Source of the DNA: Synechococcus sp.
Lineage (GTDB): Bacteria > Cyanobacteriota > Cyanobacteriia > PCC-6307 > Cyanobiaceae
Reading direction: 5' to 3'
NCBI GenBank assembly: GCA_047285305.1
Contig: JBJBDL010000003.1
Location: 224,001-288,000, forward strand
DNA length: 64,000 bases
Under the pieces are notes generated by a model that was not told the origin of the DNA, made no database searches, and saw only the letters and a program-made list of their open reading frames with translations. Made by a program: the position numbers and the translations under genes. Below are positions 51,748-61,700 of this stretch, piece after piece (positions within the stretch are counted from its first letter, which is position 1; each line of letters begins with the position of its first letter).

Positions 51748-54213
51748 ATGAAACTGGGTGAATCTAAGTGTAAAATAAATGTGGAAGGCCTCGATTATAA
51801 TGTCAATCAATTAATCAAGATAGGAGAGGAAGTTTGGAGGAAGAAAAAAGCTGAAGGTAATTTCATTGGCATAAAAGGGGCAAATGATGCGTACACGATC
51901 GGAATATTACTTTATTGCTTAGAACAATCAAAGAAGGTATTGCTAATTCCAAGAGAGATGACAATAGATCGAGTCATTATGAATCTTCCACAAGGATGCT
52001 TGGCAGGAATCCTGACAATTGAAGGGAGAGATATAAATTGGGTAAGTCACAGAGAAGAGATTCAAATTATGAAGGATCAGCTAAAAGAAAAATATGAAGA
52101 TGGGGGTGTAGCGATGTTCACTACTGGCAGTACAGGCAAGCCAAAAGTTGTTTATCATACCTTAAAGAGTTTGATCATAGGAGGAAAGAATATATTAGAA
52201 GCATATCAAATAACAAGCCAAGACAAAGGTTTGGGTGTATTACCAGTAACACACATGAATGGGTTGGTTACAACATTAGTTGCGCCAATAATTAGCAACA
52301 GCAGTGTTGTATTTTACAGCAAGTCTTTGTTCACATATTTGGACTTTGTGGATACTTGCTCTAAGCATAAGTGCACTTGGTTTTCAGCAACACCGTATTA
52401 TTTAAAGAGATTACTAGAAACGTATAAGGAAGGAATGAACTACTCTGGACTTCGTTTTATAAGAAGCGCCTCTTCCGCCTTAGATAAAAAAACTCAAAGA
52501 GAGGCTAGCCAAAAGATTAATTGCCCAGTCTATAATTCTATGGGCATGACAGAAGCTGCTGGACAGATATGTAGCCAAAAGAAGGGAAGGGAAAGTATTG
52601 GCAATGTAGGGTACCCAATTAATATTAAAGTGAGGGTAAAATACGGTAACACTATTAACAATAGCGGGGAGGGAGAACTTATATATAAAGGTGATACTAT
52701 TATAGATAAATATTTATTCAAATCCGATAATATTGACAGCTCAGATGGGTGGTTAATGTCCGGTGATGATGGATACATCCATAATGATGGAAGTATTAGC
52801 ATAAAAGGTAGACTAAAAAATACAATTAACTTCTGTGGAATTAAATTCAATGCCGAAGAAATAGAAGAATATATCCTAAGAGAATTCAATATTGAATCAG
52901 CAGCGATGCCAATTGATTCTAATAAATATGGACAGCGTGTAATTCTATATATTGAAGATTTGGGAAGCGTAGTAAATGGTAGCGAGCTAAATGGAGAGCT
53001 AATAAAGTATTTTGGATATAAAGAGCTCGTAAAAACAATATATAGAGTAGAAAGGCTGGAACGGTTTCCAAACAGAAAGTTAAACAAGATATTTATATAT
53101 AAAAATTGCAGTGATCAAATAATATATGAGGATGCATTTCTAGCAAATATAAAAGGACAAACTAGCGAGGAAAAGGCAATTAACTTAGTTTGCAGTTGTA
53201 CTGGATACTCAAGAAGTAATATTGATAAAAAGACAAGTGCAAAAGATAGAATTAATTGGGACTCACTTGCAACATTATCTATGATCTGTAGCTTAGAGGA
53301 GACATTAGAAAGAAAGATTCAGGAGAATGAATATTCTCTATGTGAAAGTGTTGAGGGCATATCATGCTTACTTGAGAAAAAGAGTAGTAATATCAACAAT
53401 GTTCAGACAACTAATAGGCTAGAAAGAGGTTTGATGAGGGAATTTATGAATAAATACAAATTAGATCAAACTGAATATTTATACTTAATCGGCAATAAAG
53501 AATGCATAGAGAAAATAGGATTCCATGATCCATTTAATTTCATCACAGCATTGGAAGAAGAGTGTAGAGCATCTAATATTAATCTGATAATGAATTCATT
53601 TACCTGGAAGTTTTGTGAGGGGCTTAGCTATTCAGCTAATGACACGAGATCAGAGATGGGGCTAATAAATGAAATATTTAGAACAAGATGTAAACAAAGA
53701 ACAGAAAGTGCTATTTATCCATACAGTATAATGAAGTATGATGAATCACTTACTCACGAAGACGAGTCATGCTGGGGAAAAGATTCAACGTGCCAAAAAT
53801 TACTAAGAAAGGAGAGTTGCTCGGTTATTAATATTGGGGTCGGCAAAAAGGGAAATTCATTACTCAGAGGTAACACATGTCTACATGCTTTAGAAGAAAT
53901 AAAAAATGTTCCTTATAGAGAATTCAAAACTTTTACGGGCCTAGCCAAGCTAAAAATAAACCAAGATGAGTATGTTAAGCATTCAGAAAAATTATTTGTC
54001 AGAAGTAATCGATATTCCAGTATAGACTATGAATGGGGAGCATTGCTAGAAAGAATTAAAGACTATAGATCGACTAATATCAATCATCAAAATCAAATAT
54101 TAAAATATCACATGAAACATTTAAGGAAGGAAGGATATGAGATATTTGATGAGAATATAATGTTTCCAATAGACAAAATGTATCAAGAAAGAATAATTCA
54201 TGGATGTAATTAA
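51748..54213 (+). CDS. Multidomain AMP-binding (adenylation) + carrier protein + AAC(3)-like acyltransferase
   Basis: FTTGSTGKPK, LPVTHMNGL, GMTEA, SGDDG, GRLK; WDSL carrier motif; FTWKF...SEMGLINEIFR...WGKDS...IG...TCLHALEE...VPYR. Confidence 0.75.
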   Translation: MKLGESKCKINVEGLDYNVNQLIKIGEEVWRKKKAEGNFIGIKGANDAYTIGILLYCLEQSKKVLLIPREMTIDRVIMNLPQGCLAGILTIEGRDINWVSHREEIQIMKDQLKEKYEDGGVAMFTTGSTGKPKVVYHTLKSLIIGGKNILEAYQITSQDKGLGVLPVTHMNGLVTTLVAPIISNSSVVFYSKSLFTYLDFVDTCSKHKCTWFSATPYYLKRLLETYKEGMNYSGLRFIRSASSALDKKTQREASQKINCPVYNSMGMTEAAGQICSQKKGRESIGNVGYPINIKVRVKYGNTINNSGEGELIYKGDTIIDKYLFKSDNIDSSDGWLMSGDDGYIHNDGSISIKGRLKNTINFCGIKFNAEEIEEYILREFNIESAAMPIDSNKYGQRVILYIEDLGSVVNGSELNGELIKYFGYKELVKTIYRVERLERFPNRKLNKIFIYKNCSDQIIYEDAFLANIKGQTSEEKAINLVCSCTGYSRSNIDKKTSAKDRINWDSLATLSMICSLEETLERKIQENEYSLCESVEGISCLLEKKSSNINNVQTTNRLERGLMREFMNKYKLDQTEYLYLIGNKECIEKIGFHDPFNFITALEEECRASNINLIMNSFTWKFCEGLSYSANDTRSEMGLINEIFRTRCKQRTESAIYPYSIMKYDESLTHEDESCWGKDSTCQKLLRKESCSVINIGVGKKGNSLLRGNTCLHALEEIKNVPYREFKTFTGLAKLKINQDEYVKHSEKLFVRSNRYSSIDYEWGALLERIKDYRSTNINHQNQILKYHMKHLRKEGYEIFDENIMFPIDKMYQERIIHGCN

Positions 54214-54433
54214 TCAGTATGTGTGAAGATTTCTACACTTAGGATATATCAATAGCGAGCAATTAGATACAGCTAACTATTGATTATGACAGTTCTAACA
54301 ATAGTGATACTCATAAATACAGATAACTGCCAACAATTTCAACCATTAATGAAGATATAGAATAAAGATATTCAATTTAGATGTCTATGCATGAAAGAGA
54401 TTAAAGTAAATTGAAAACGATCGAAGGAAAAAT

Positions 54434-55570
54434 CTATTTATTATTGAAATCATAAAGCTGCTGGAGATCGTGTTTGTCAAGAAGCGCTAAACAAAAATCT
54501 GGCCATTTTTTCAAAATATAATTGAAATCAATACTATCAATAGAAGATGGATTAACGTGGAAATTCCACATATTATTATTATAATTAGAAACAAGCGTCA
54601 AGCTTGAGTCATAGGCAAGAGAAAAAGTATAGCGAGAACGATACATTGAAACTAGTGATGTATTGATAGAATTTAGTGAAATCCTGAATACAGAAGTAAA
54701 CAAGTCTCGTAATTGTAATTTAGCAGTACCTGGATCATTCGACAAATTGAACATAGATGAATAACCATAACGAGAGTATATAAGAAAAAGACAGTTAATA
54801 TATTGATTAAGAATTTTTGGGTTGCTAAAAATTAAATTTGCTTCTTGACTTAAGCTTCGTAAGTACCTTGAATCTATTAGATTTTTTTTTGAAGCACTGC
54901 GCGAATTACGTAATGGAGGAGATGTTCCTCGAACATATAAAGGTGAATGGAATTGATATACAGATCCTGTGAGGAGAATACAAAAGGCAAGTATATATTG
55001 AAATGATTTTCCACTATAACCAATTATATCAAAAGCAGCAGGATCAAGATTGTCAATAAATATCTTTAAAATAAATTTAAAACGCTGCCTATCGTATATA
55101 GTAAAAAAGTCAATACTGAGAGGCGAAAAATGTTGCATCAGAATGTCATTTAAGTCGACATTCCTGTTATATATAAGTGGGCTATTGGAATAAGGTGAGT
55201 AATGAACAGAGTTAGATTCGTCAAGCTGCATATTAAGCGTATAAATACTAGCAGACGAGTAAGTGCTTAAATGGGTAAACTCAGAGGACAACTTTTGCGC
55301 TGAATTAAACAATATAAAATCATCATCTCCAGCTAAATAAACATTCTTAGCATTACTAGAGCAGAGCATATTATAAATTCGCACAACATTTGACTCTTCA
55401 GAGGGCTCTACAAGATGTAGTTTGCTGAGAAGTTGACGGGATAAAGGTTCTGATTGTGGATGACGAGATAAAAAGACATTATCGAATATAGAGCTATAGG
55501 ATAATAGAGTCTTACATATAGATGATTCTGGCCTTGCAGAAAATACTATTACATCAGAAGAAGAAATCAT
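54434..55570 (-). CDS. Putative glycosyltransferase (divergent GT-A, TIGR00180-like)
   Basis: YLAGDDDF acidic motif; last gene of the sugar operon. Confidence 0.45.
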   Translation of the reverse strand: MISSSDVIVFSARPESSICKTLLSYSSIFDNVFLSRHPQSEPLSRQLLSKLHLVEPSEESNVVRIYNMLCSSNAKNVYLAGDDDFILFNSAQKLSSEFTHLSTYSSASIYTLNMQLDESNSVHYSPYSNSPLIYNRNVDLNDILMQHFSPLSIDFFTIYDRQRFKFILKIFIDNLDPAAFDIIGYSGKSFQYILAFCILLTGSVYQFHSPLYVRGTSPPLRNSRSASKKNLIDSRYLRSLSQEANLIFSNPKILNQYINCLFLIYSRYGYSSMFNLSNDPGTAKLQLRDLFTSVFRISLNSINTSLVSMYRSRYTFSLAYDSSLTLVSNYNNNMWNFHVNPSSIDSIDFNYILKKWPDFCLALLDKHDLQQLYDFNNK

Positions 55571-56322
55571 TTCTGAAGAAGGATAGGTTTAAGCATATTA
55601 GGATTATGAGGATGATTAATATCGCTAAAGCGATAGTTTATATTAAAATTGGTTTTATGGCCTAGGTTAATATTAGTTTGATGTAGAAGTAGGCCACTGA
55701 ATAGTAAGATGTCGCCCCGAGACAGCTCCTGTACGTAAGAAGAGTAGTTAAGTGCTGATGGGCAAAATCTTCGCTTGTTGCCGCCCGTCCAATCATACTT
55801 GCCTGACGTATCACCCCAAGAGATATGGTCTAGCGGTCCATGCGTATGAGACTTGGGAATAATTGAGAGTGCCCCATCAATATAAGAAAGATCAGAAAAA
55901 GGAATGTACGCGCTAAGAAAATCAACGGACCCTTGACAATGAAAAAAATCTTGATGCCATGATGTCATTTCTTTACTTTCATAAGGAACATCAACTCGCA
56001 AGGGAGCCTTCGAATAAACAATCGGTGAATTAAATATATCAAAAAGCAGAGTTCTAAGGATCTCTGAATATTGATAGATGTCAAAATGTAGTCTGGCACG
56101 CTGAAGAGAATCATAGATACAAGTGCAAAGACCCGGATTATTCTTTAGAAGTAAAGAAAATTCAGGTGAAAATATACTATGCTTTATGGAAAAAGAATCT
56201 GCTAGATGGTTCTGTATTAGCTCAGAAGTTCTCTCTATCTGGTCAATTGGAAGTGCATTTTTAAGAACGACAACACCTTCCTGAAGTAAATTAGACCTTA
56301 ATGACATAATAGGAGCCGTCAC
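55567..56322 (-). CDS. PhyH-like Fe(II)/2-oxoglutarate dioxygenase
   Basis: GVVVLKNA, WHQD, YIPF, GALSIIPKSH, GDILLF...LLH. Confidence 0.78.
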   Translation of the reverse strand: MTAPIMSLRSNLLQEGVVVLKNALPIDQIERTSELIQNHLADSFSIKHSIFSPEFSLLLKNNPGLCTCIYDSLQRARLHFDIYQYSEILRTLLFDIFNSPIVYSKAPLRVDVPYESKEMTSWHQDFFHCQGSVDFLSAYIPFSDLSYIDGALSIIPKSHTHGPLDHISWGDTSGKYDWTGGNKRRFCPSALNYSSYVQELSRGDILLFSGLLLHQTNINLGHKTNFNINYRFSDINHPHNPNMLKPILLQK

Positions 56323-57161
56323 AATGGAGAAAGATACTTGCGGTAGTCGCCAGTAGATGCTGAATCAGAATTTTTGGGGAGCCGAAAATCTTTCAATTTA
56401 TCAATAGATTTAAGATACAGTCGGAAGTCACAACTAATACGAGTCAATGGAGTGAGATTTGGTATTGAACCATGAAGATGATGACCTGAAAATAAGACAT
56501 ACTGCCCATTATCTAAATCTATCGGTTTAACAAGCGCGGGATTTGGTAAACTATCCTTCATCATTGGATGAGGCCTATTTTCAGAGAGGATATTGCTATT
56601 AGAGGAAGCAAGTGGTCTATGTACTTGGTCCCATGTATCAAGATCAAAAGACTGAGAAGTATTTGGTACTGATTTAGCAAAGAAATCTGGAGCAATACCA
56701 AATGTTCGATCCTTAGAAACATTTAAAATTGGAAACCACACATTCAACTGATCAATACCTGCCCCATACCAAGTGTCTCTATGTAATTTATAGTTATAAG
56801 AAACCCCAGAACTAATCCTAGTTGAATTTGGTATAATGCGTAGTCGAGGCTTGTCGTATAAGAAATCAGTTGGGTCCATGCACAACTGAGAATCCACAAA
56901 AAGTCTTAGCTGTTCCTCAAAATCACTATTTGCAGTGAACTCCGTCTTCGAGAGAGAAGCTTTCTGGACAAAGTTAGATATGTCGTCTAACGAAAATGAA
57001 GCATTTAAGTCAGCACCAAAGTTGTTGGTTAATATAGATAAGGCTTTGTTTTTTATAGGATCTAAAGAGTCACTAGAAGATATAAGAATTTTTCCATCAA
57101 AAATTTGTTGAATTAGATCCTGAGATAAGCATTTATTAGTTTCTTTTAAAAAGTATTCCAT
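56319..57161 (-). CDS. Fe(II)/2OG dioxygenase-like protein
   Basis: PRLRI, HRDTWY, NVWFPI, LFSGHHLHGS, TRISCDFR. Confidence 0.65.
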   Translation of the reverse strand: MEYFLKETNKCLSQDLIQQIFDGKILISSSDSLDPIKNKALSILTNNFGADLNASFSLDDISNFVQKASLSKTEFTANSDFEEQLRLFVDSQLCMDPTDFLYDKPRLRIIPNSTRISSGVSYNYKLHRDTWYGAGIDQLNVWFPILNVSKDRTFGIAPDFFAKSVPNTSQSFDLDTWDQVHRPLASSNSNILSENRPHPMMKDSLPNPALVKPIDLDNGQYVLFSGHHLHGSIPNLTPLTRISCDFRLYLKSIDKLKDFRLPKNSDSASTGDYRKYLSPL

Positions 57162-57840
57162 TGTAAAAAGAAGACATACCTATTTTATCATAATCTCTAC
57201 TTTGGATGAAGTCTGGGTGGTCGACCAACCACTTGGATACAGCTGATCCAGCACTACTTCCAACATCCCAAGGACGGTCTGGCCAAGAGCCAGGAGACAG
57301 GTACTCTATACAAGTTCCGAAGACAACAATGCAAGAATTTACAGAGACTAACTGAGAATATAATTCCAGTTCACGAAGCACATGAGATTCTTCGCGACTA
57401 GAATCGAGCAATACAATACAAGAGTTGCCTGAAATAATTGATTGAACCTTATCGAATACACTCAGATCAACAGAAGAACCCTCAACAACAGTAATGTAAT
57501 CAAAATATGGAAATTTTTTCAGTCGCTCAAAATTTGATTTTCTCATTTCAATCTCAATTGTTATGACTCTTCTCTTATTACTGCGTAAAGGCAGAGAACT
57601 ATCCATGCCATACATTATGGACGCTAGATAAGAAGACAACCCCCCGTGTGCGGTACCAGTTTCAATCACAAATTGAGGCTTAATAGACCATAGCAGTTGT
57701 TGTATTGTCAACAAATCGTGGGGGTATTGAATAACTGGAATTCCAAACCAAGAGAACTGATAGCAATATTTTATGGAATTTGCATGCTCAAAAAGCGAAA
57801 GACTCTGATCAAAGAAAGAATCATTTGTGTTATTTGGCAT
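57136..57840 (-). CDS. CmcI/rhamnosyl O-methyltransferase family protein (divergent copy)
   Basis: WFGIPVIQYPHD, IETGTAHGG, EGSS, HVLREL, DRPW. Confidence 0.78.
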   Translation of the reverse strand: MPNNTNDSFFDQSLSLFEHANSIKYCYQFSWFGIPVIQYPHDLLTIQQLLWSIKPQFVIETGTAHGGLSSYLASIMYGMDSSLPLRSNKRRVITIEIEMRKSNFERLKKFPYFDYITVVEGSSVDLSVFDKVQSIISGNSCIVLLDSSREESHVLRELELYSQLVSVNSCIVVFGTCIEYLSPGSWPDRPWDVGSSAGSAVSKWLVDHPDFIQSRDYDKIGMSSFYNGILFKRN

Positions 57841-57843
57841 TAC

Positions 57844-58605
57844 TTACGATTTAATTTTTTTAAGATAACCACGAGGTGCCACTGAAACTAATAATTTTTT
57901 GTCAATCATTTCATCAATATCAAAATTTTCATTTTTACTCAACCAAAAATCTACGGCCGTCATAGGATTATCTCCCTTATCCCACGGACGATCCGGAAAA
58001 GAACCACTAGGGAGGTTTTCAATAACAGTATCAAATACAATACAATAACTTTCGACAGATACTAAGTCAGAATATGAATTTAATTCTTCCAAGACATGAT
58101 CATGAGTATGATTTGAATCTAATATGACCATTACTTTTTGATAATTAGATGCAAAATTGCGAACTTCTTGGATAATATCTGGATCGATCGAAGAGCCTTC
58201 TATGAGCCGCATCTTAAAGAAAAAAGGATGCTGCTTCATAGCCTCATGATTATGATTTCTAATATCTATATCTATAGCGAGTACTTTCCGTTCAGAAGTA
58301 CGAGGGTCTTTACCCTCAGCGATATCTAACAAAGCTAGGAATGAAGCGGACATGACAACAGAGCCTCCATGAGCAATACCAGTCTCAATTATCAAATCAG
58401 GCTTTACCTGAAAAATAAGCTCCTGTATCTGGACAATGTCATGAGGATATTGAATAATAGGCCTACCCATAAATTCAAAATTGTAAGAATATTGACTTGC
58501 ATTTGCAGTATTAAGCCACGATTGCGAAACAGTTGCCAATAATTTGTTCTCGCCTTGTTTTTTGATTCTTTGATTTCTTTCACTTACAAAATCATCGTAG
58601 CTCAT
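57844..58605 (-). CDS. CmcI/rhamnosyl O-methyltransferase family protein
   Basis: GRPIIQYPHD, IETGIAHGGS, IDIDIR, LDSNHTHDHVLEEL, VFDT, DRPWDKGDNP. Confidence 0.88.
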   Translation of the reverse strand: MSYDDFVSERNQRIKKQGENKLLATVSQSWLNTANASQYSYNFEFMGRPIIQYPHDIVQIQELIFQVKPDLIIETGIAHGGSVVMSASFLALLDIAEGKDPRTSERKVLAIDIDIRNHNHEAMKQHPFFFKMRLIEGSSIDPDIIQEVRNFASNYQKVMVILDSNHTHDHVLEELNSYSDLVSVESYCIVFDTVIENLPSGSFPDRPWDKGDNPMTAVDFWLSKNENFDIDEMIDKKLLVSVAPRGYLKKIKS

Positions 58606-59360
58606 TTTTTTGTGATTTTTATTCGTACTTCATATTCTACACCATCCTCCTTAAAAGAGCATGCCGGATGTCCACTAAAAGTACGAGCCCTAAGTAAATT
58701 AATAAGCTTGCGCATAGTGAATTTTTGATCAAGTTCAAGTTTAGATGCACTCACCATATCGGACTGATAGTGCATAGTTGACTTTTTATTATCTTGAGGA
58801 ATACTATTAAAACTTAAAGTACGAATATTTTGATAATGCTCAATAAATAAACTGATCATTTCAGACTGAGCTCTATGAAAAAGGGTCTCCCCGGTATCAG
58901 TCCAATCGTAAGGAATAGTCTTCTGAAATAAGACGGGTCCAGTATCAATTCCAGAATCAACTTGGTGTATGGATACACCAAAGGGAGTTTCGTCTACAAG
59001 AGTCCAGAAATTATAATTTTTACCACGGTTAAAGGGTAAAAGGCTGGGATGAGTATTTATGAAACCATTTCGGGATAAAGATATGATCTCTTGAGATATA
59101 ATTTTTGGCCACCAACAAAGCAATCCCAAATCAACAGAAATATTATTTTCAGAGATAAACAACTTGAGTGCAATGTCGGAATCATAGATATGATACGGAA
59201 TCGACAATTCTTTAGCCATATGAGATATTGAGTTTGAAGATGTTAACACGACCGCTGCAATATCACTTGCGAAATTCTGCATAAGCCATTGAGATATTGT
59301 GCAGCCTACTAAGCCATCGGCAAATAACAAAACTGAAGGCGAACTTAAATTAAGTGTCAT
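58602..59360 (-). CDS. Sugar N-formyltransferase
   Basis: INTHPSLLPFNRG, GVSIH, DSGIDTGPV, LRARTF. Confidence 0.85.
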   Translation of the reverse strand: MTLNLSSPSVLLFADGLVGCTISQWLMQNFASDIAAVVLTSSNSISHMAKELSIPYHIYDSDIALKLFISENNISVDLGLLCWWPKIISQEIISLSRNGFINTHPSLLPFNRGKNYNFWTLVDETPFGVSIHQVDSGIDTGPVLFQKTIPYDWTDTGETLFHRAQSEMISLFIEHYQNIRTLSFNSIPQDNKKSTMHYQSDMVSASKLELDQKFTMRKLINLLRARTFSGHPACSFKEDGVEYEVRIKITKK

Positions 59361-59362
59361 AA

Positions 59363-60484
59363 TTAGAGGGAGGAAGAGTATGACTTAGTCATAATATTGC
59401 AAATAGTCTTGACCTCTACTTCAGTCATGTCGTGAAAAGAGGGTAAATTAATTGACCGTAGATGAATACTTTCAGACAAGTACTCTTTGTCAAAAGCTTT
59501 TGCACCATTGACAGGAGTAAGAGAAAGCGGCCAAAAGAAAACTCTTGCATCGATACCCAAGCTTTTTAATTTATTTAATAGATTGTCTCGTTGCAAAGGT
59601 TGCTTAAAAACAACAGTTGGCATCCAATAGCCATTAGTACAATTATCCTGTATAGGATTCATCATAACTCCATCGATATCTAGATATTTTTTATACCATT
59701 GAAATATAATTTGTTTTTTATGAATTAGCTCGTCAATGCGTTCTAATTGACCTAAACCAATAGCTGCCTGAACGTTACTCATTTTATACTTATATCCCAC
59801 CATATCTGGCCAAAACTGTTTAACTTGCCCAGTGGCTCTACCATGATTTGATAGCGTTAACACATGCTCATATAAAGCCGGATCATCTGTAACGAATATA
59901 CCCCCCTCCCCCGTTGTTATTGTCTTAGTGCCATGGAATGAAAAAGCACCAAACTTTCCCATACTTCCAGCTTTTCTACCGTGGTAGACAGACCCAATGG
60001 CTTCAGCTGCATCCTCAATAACAGGAATATGATAGCGATCTCCAATAGCAAGTAACTCATCCATCTCGCAAAGATTACCGTAAAGATGAACAGCAACAAT
60101 GGCCTTTGTCCTTGACGTAATTGCTGCCTCAACTTGTCTCGGATCTAAACACCAACTATCAGGCAAAATATCAACAAATATGGGTTTACCGCCCAAGTGA
60201 ACAATCGGTGCTGCACTAGCAACCCAATTCGTGTTAGCCATAATCACTTCATCTCCTGGCCCGATACCCAAGGCATGCATTCCCATATGCAACGCGCCGG
60301 TACAACTACTTGTACTTATGGCATATTGAACTCCTAAATGCCGCTTAAAAGCCTCCTCGAATCGATAAATATATTTATAACACTCTTCACCCCAGCCATT
60401 GCGTACAGCATCAGCTGCATAGTCAATTTCAAGCTCTGTAATGGACGGCTTGGTATAAGGGATCTTGCGCGAAATATCGTTCAT
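59363..60484 (-). CDS. DegT-family (perosamine synthase-like) C4 aminotransferase
   Basis: SSCTGALH, VHLYGN, EDAAEA, FSFHGTKTITTGEGG, GYKYKM. Confidence 0.9.
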   Translation of the reverse strand: MNDISRKIPYTKPSITELEIDYAADAVRNGWGEECYKYIYRFEEAFKRHLGVQYAISTSSCTGALHMGMHALGIGPGDEVIMANTNWVASAAPIVHLGGKPIFVDILPDSWCLDPRQVEAAITSRTKAIVAVHLYGNLCEMDELLAIGDRYHIPVIEDAAEAIGSVYHGRKAGSMGKFGAFSFHGTKTITTGEGGIFVTDDPALYEHVLTLSNHGRATGQVKQFWPDMVGYKYKMSNVQAAIGLGQLERIDELIHKKQIIFQWYKKYLDIDGVMMNPIQDNCTNGYWMPTVVFKQPLQRDNLLNKLKSLGIDARVFFWPLSLTPVNGAKAFDKEYLSESIHLRSINLPSFHDMTEVEVKTICNIMTKSYSSSL

Positions 60485-60485
60485 A

Positions 60486-61700
60486 TCAAGATTTGTATTT
60501 CTGAATCAGCTTAAGGGTGGGAATTGCTGTTACCAACTTGCGCCCGGGCAATTCACAACTCAGCTCGTCAATGAGATTCCAAGGAAGAACAAGAACAGAA
60601 TCTGGCTTATAAGAATTTAAATATTCAGGCGACACCACAGGAATGTGACTTGCAGGCAAATATTTCCCCTGTTTACTTAACGAACGATCAGCAACCATTG
60701 GCAGCAAATCTGAACGAACTCCCGCATAATTTAACAACGTATTACCTTTTGCCGCAGCACCATAACCGATAACACGCTCACCTTTTTGTTTAGTGGATAG
60801 CAAAAAGTCTAATAGGCCAAATTTAGCTTGTTCAGCTCGATGCTGAAAACCAACATAGGCCTCACAAGTTTCTAGGCTAGCAGCATCTTCAAGGGCAATG
60901 ACATCAGCAACAGAATCAGCAACTTCAACTTTCCCATGCAAAGCAAGCCATATACGCAAACTACCTCCATGAGTTGGAAGCTGCTCAACATCAACTACCT
61001 GCAATCCCTGAGCTTCAGCAATTCGCATGACTACTCTCAGACTAAGGTAACTGTAATGCTCGTGATAAATCGTATCAAACTGATTACCTTCGAGCAACTT
61101 CAATAGATGGGGAAATTCAATCGAAGCCAAACCATCAAGCTTCAACAAACACGCGATACCCGCCACAAAATCGTTTATATCCGGCACGTGTGCTAAAACA
61201 TTATTGGCGACAACAAGATCTGCTTTATCTAGCTTCTCAGCTAGAGCAATTCCAAAGAACTCTTCAATTGTATTTATCCCTTTCGCGCGAGCAGCCTCAG
61301 CGGTAGCGTGGGTTGGTTCAATACCAAGACAAGGAATTTTATTCTCCTTCATATATTGAAGAAGGTAACCATCATTTGACGCCAGCTCTACAACATGGCT
61401 TTTTTCATTTAGTCCCAGACGATCAATCGCCTTAGTTACAAAGGCCTTTGCATGAGCACACCAACTAGTTGATGTACTGGAAAAATAAGCATAATCAGGT
61501 GTGAAAAGTTGCTCGGCTTTAGCATGGGCTGGCAATTGCATTAACCAGCAATTTGTACAAATGAATACCTTCAGCGGATAGGTAATCTCAGGCAATGACA
61601 ACTGTTCATTTGTTAGATATGCATTACTGGGGGGCTGATGGCCCAGATCAATCACCTCAGTGGACAAAGAAGATCCACAATGTCGACAACAAAAACTCAT
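60486..61700 (-). CDS. NDP-hexose C3-methyltransferase (Zn-ribbon, SAM-dependent)
   Basis: CRHC...CTNC, YAYFSS, ELASNDG, NNVLAHVPD, FDTIYHEH, HGGSLR, YGAAAKGNTLLN, LPWN. Confidence 0.88.
   Translation of the reverse strand: MSFCCRHCGSSLSTEVIDLGHQPPSNAYLTNEQLSLPEITYPLKVFICTNCWLMQLPAHAKAEQLFTPDYAYFSSTSTSWCAHAKAFVTKAIDRLGLNEKSHVVELASNDGYLLQYMKENKIPCLGIEPTHATAEAARAKGINTIEEFFGIALAEKLDKADLVVANNVLAHVPDINDFVAGIACLLKLDGLASIEFPHLLKLLEGNQFDTIYHEHYSYLSLRVVMRIAEAQGLQVVDVEQLPTHGGSLRIWLALHGKVEVADSVADVIALEDAASLETCEAYVGFQHRAEQAKFGLLDFLLSTKQKGERVIGYGAAAKGNTLLNYAGVRSDLLPMVADRSLSKQGKYLPASHIPVVSPEYLNSYKPDSVLVLPWNLIDELSCELPGRKLVTAIPTLKLIQKYKS

Noticed and set aside
53450..54213. AAC(3)-like domain as an aminoglycoside resistance gene
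   Set aside because: Fusion to adenylation and carrier domains and the glycan-island context point to a biosynthetic role.
54200..54440. Possible decayed stand-alone acyl carrier protein after the A-T-AAC(3) gene
   Set aside because: Only a faint resemblance (LPTISTINEDIE...KLKTIEG), with several stops and no DSL motif.
57136..58605. Cephalosporin (beta-lactam) biosynthesis implied by the CmcI family name
   Set aside because: The family has a methyltransferase fold and is common in sugar loci; no beta-lactam genes are present.
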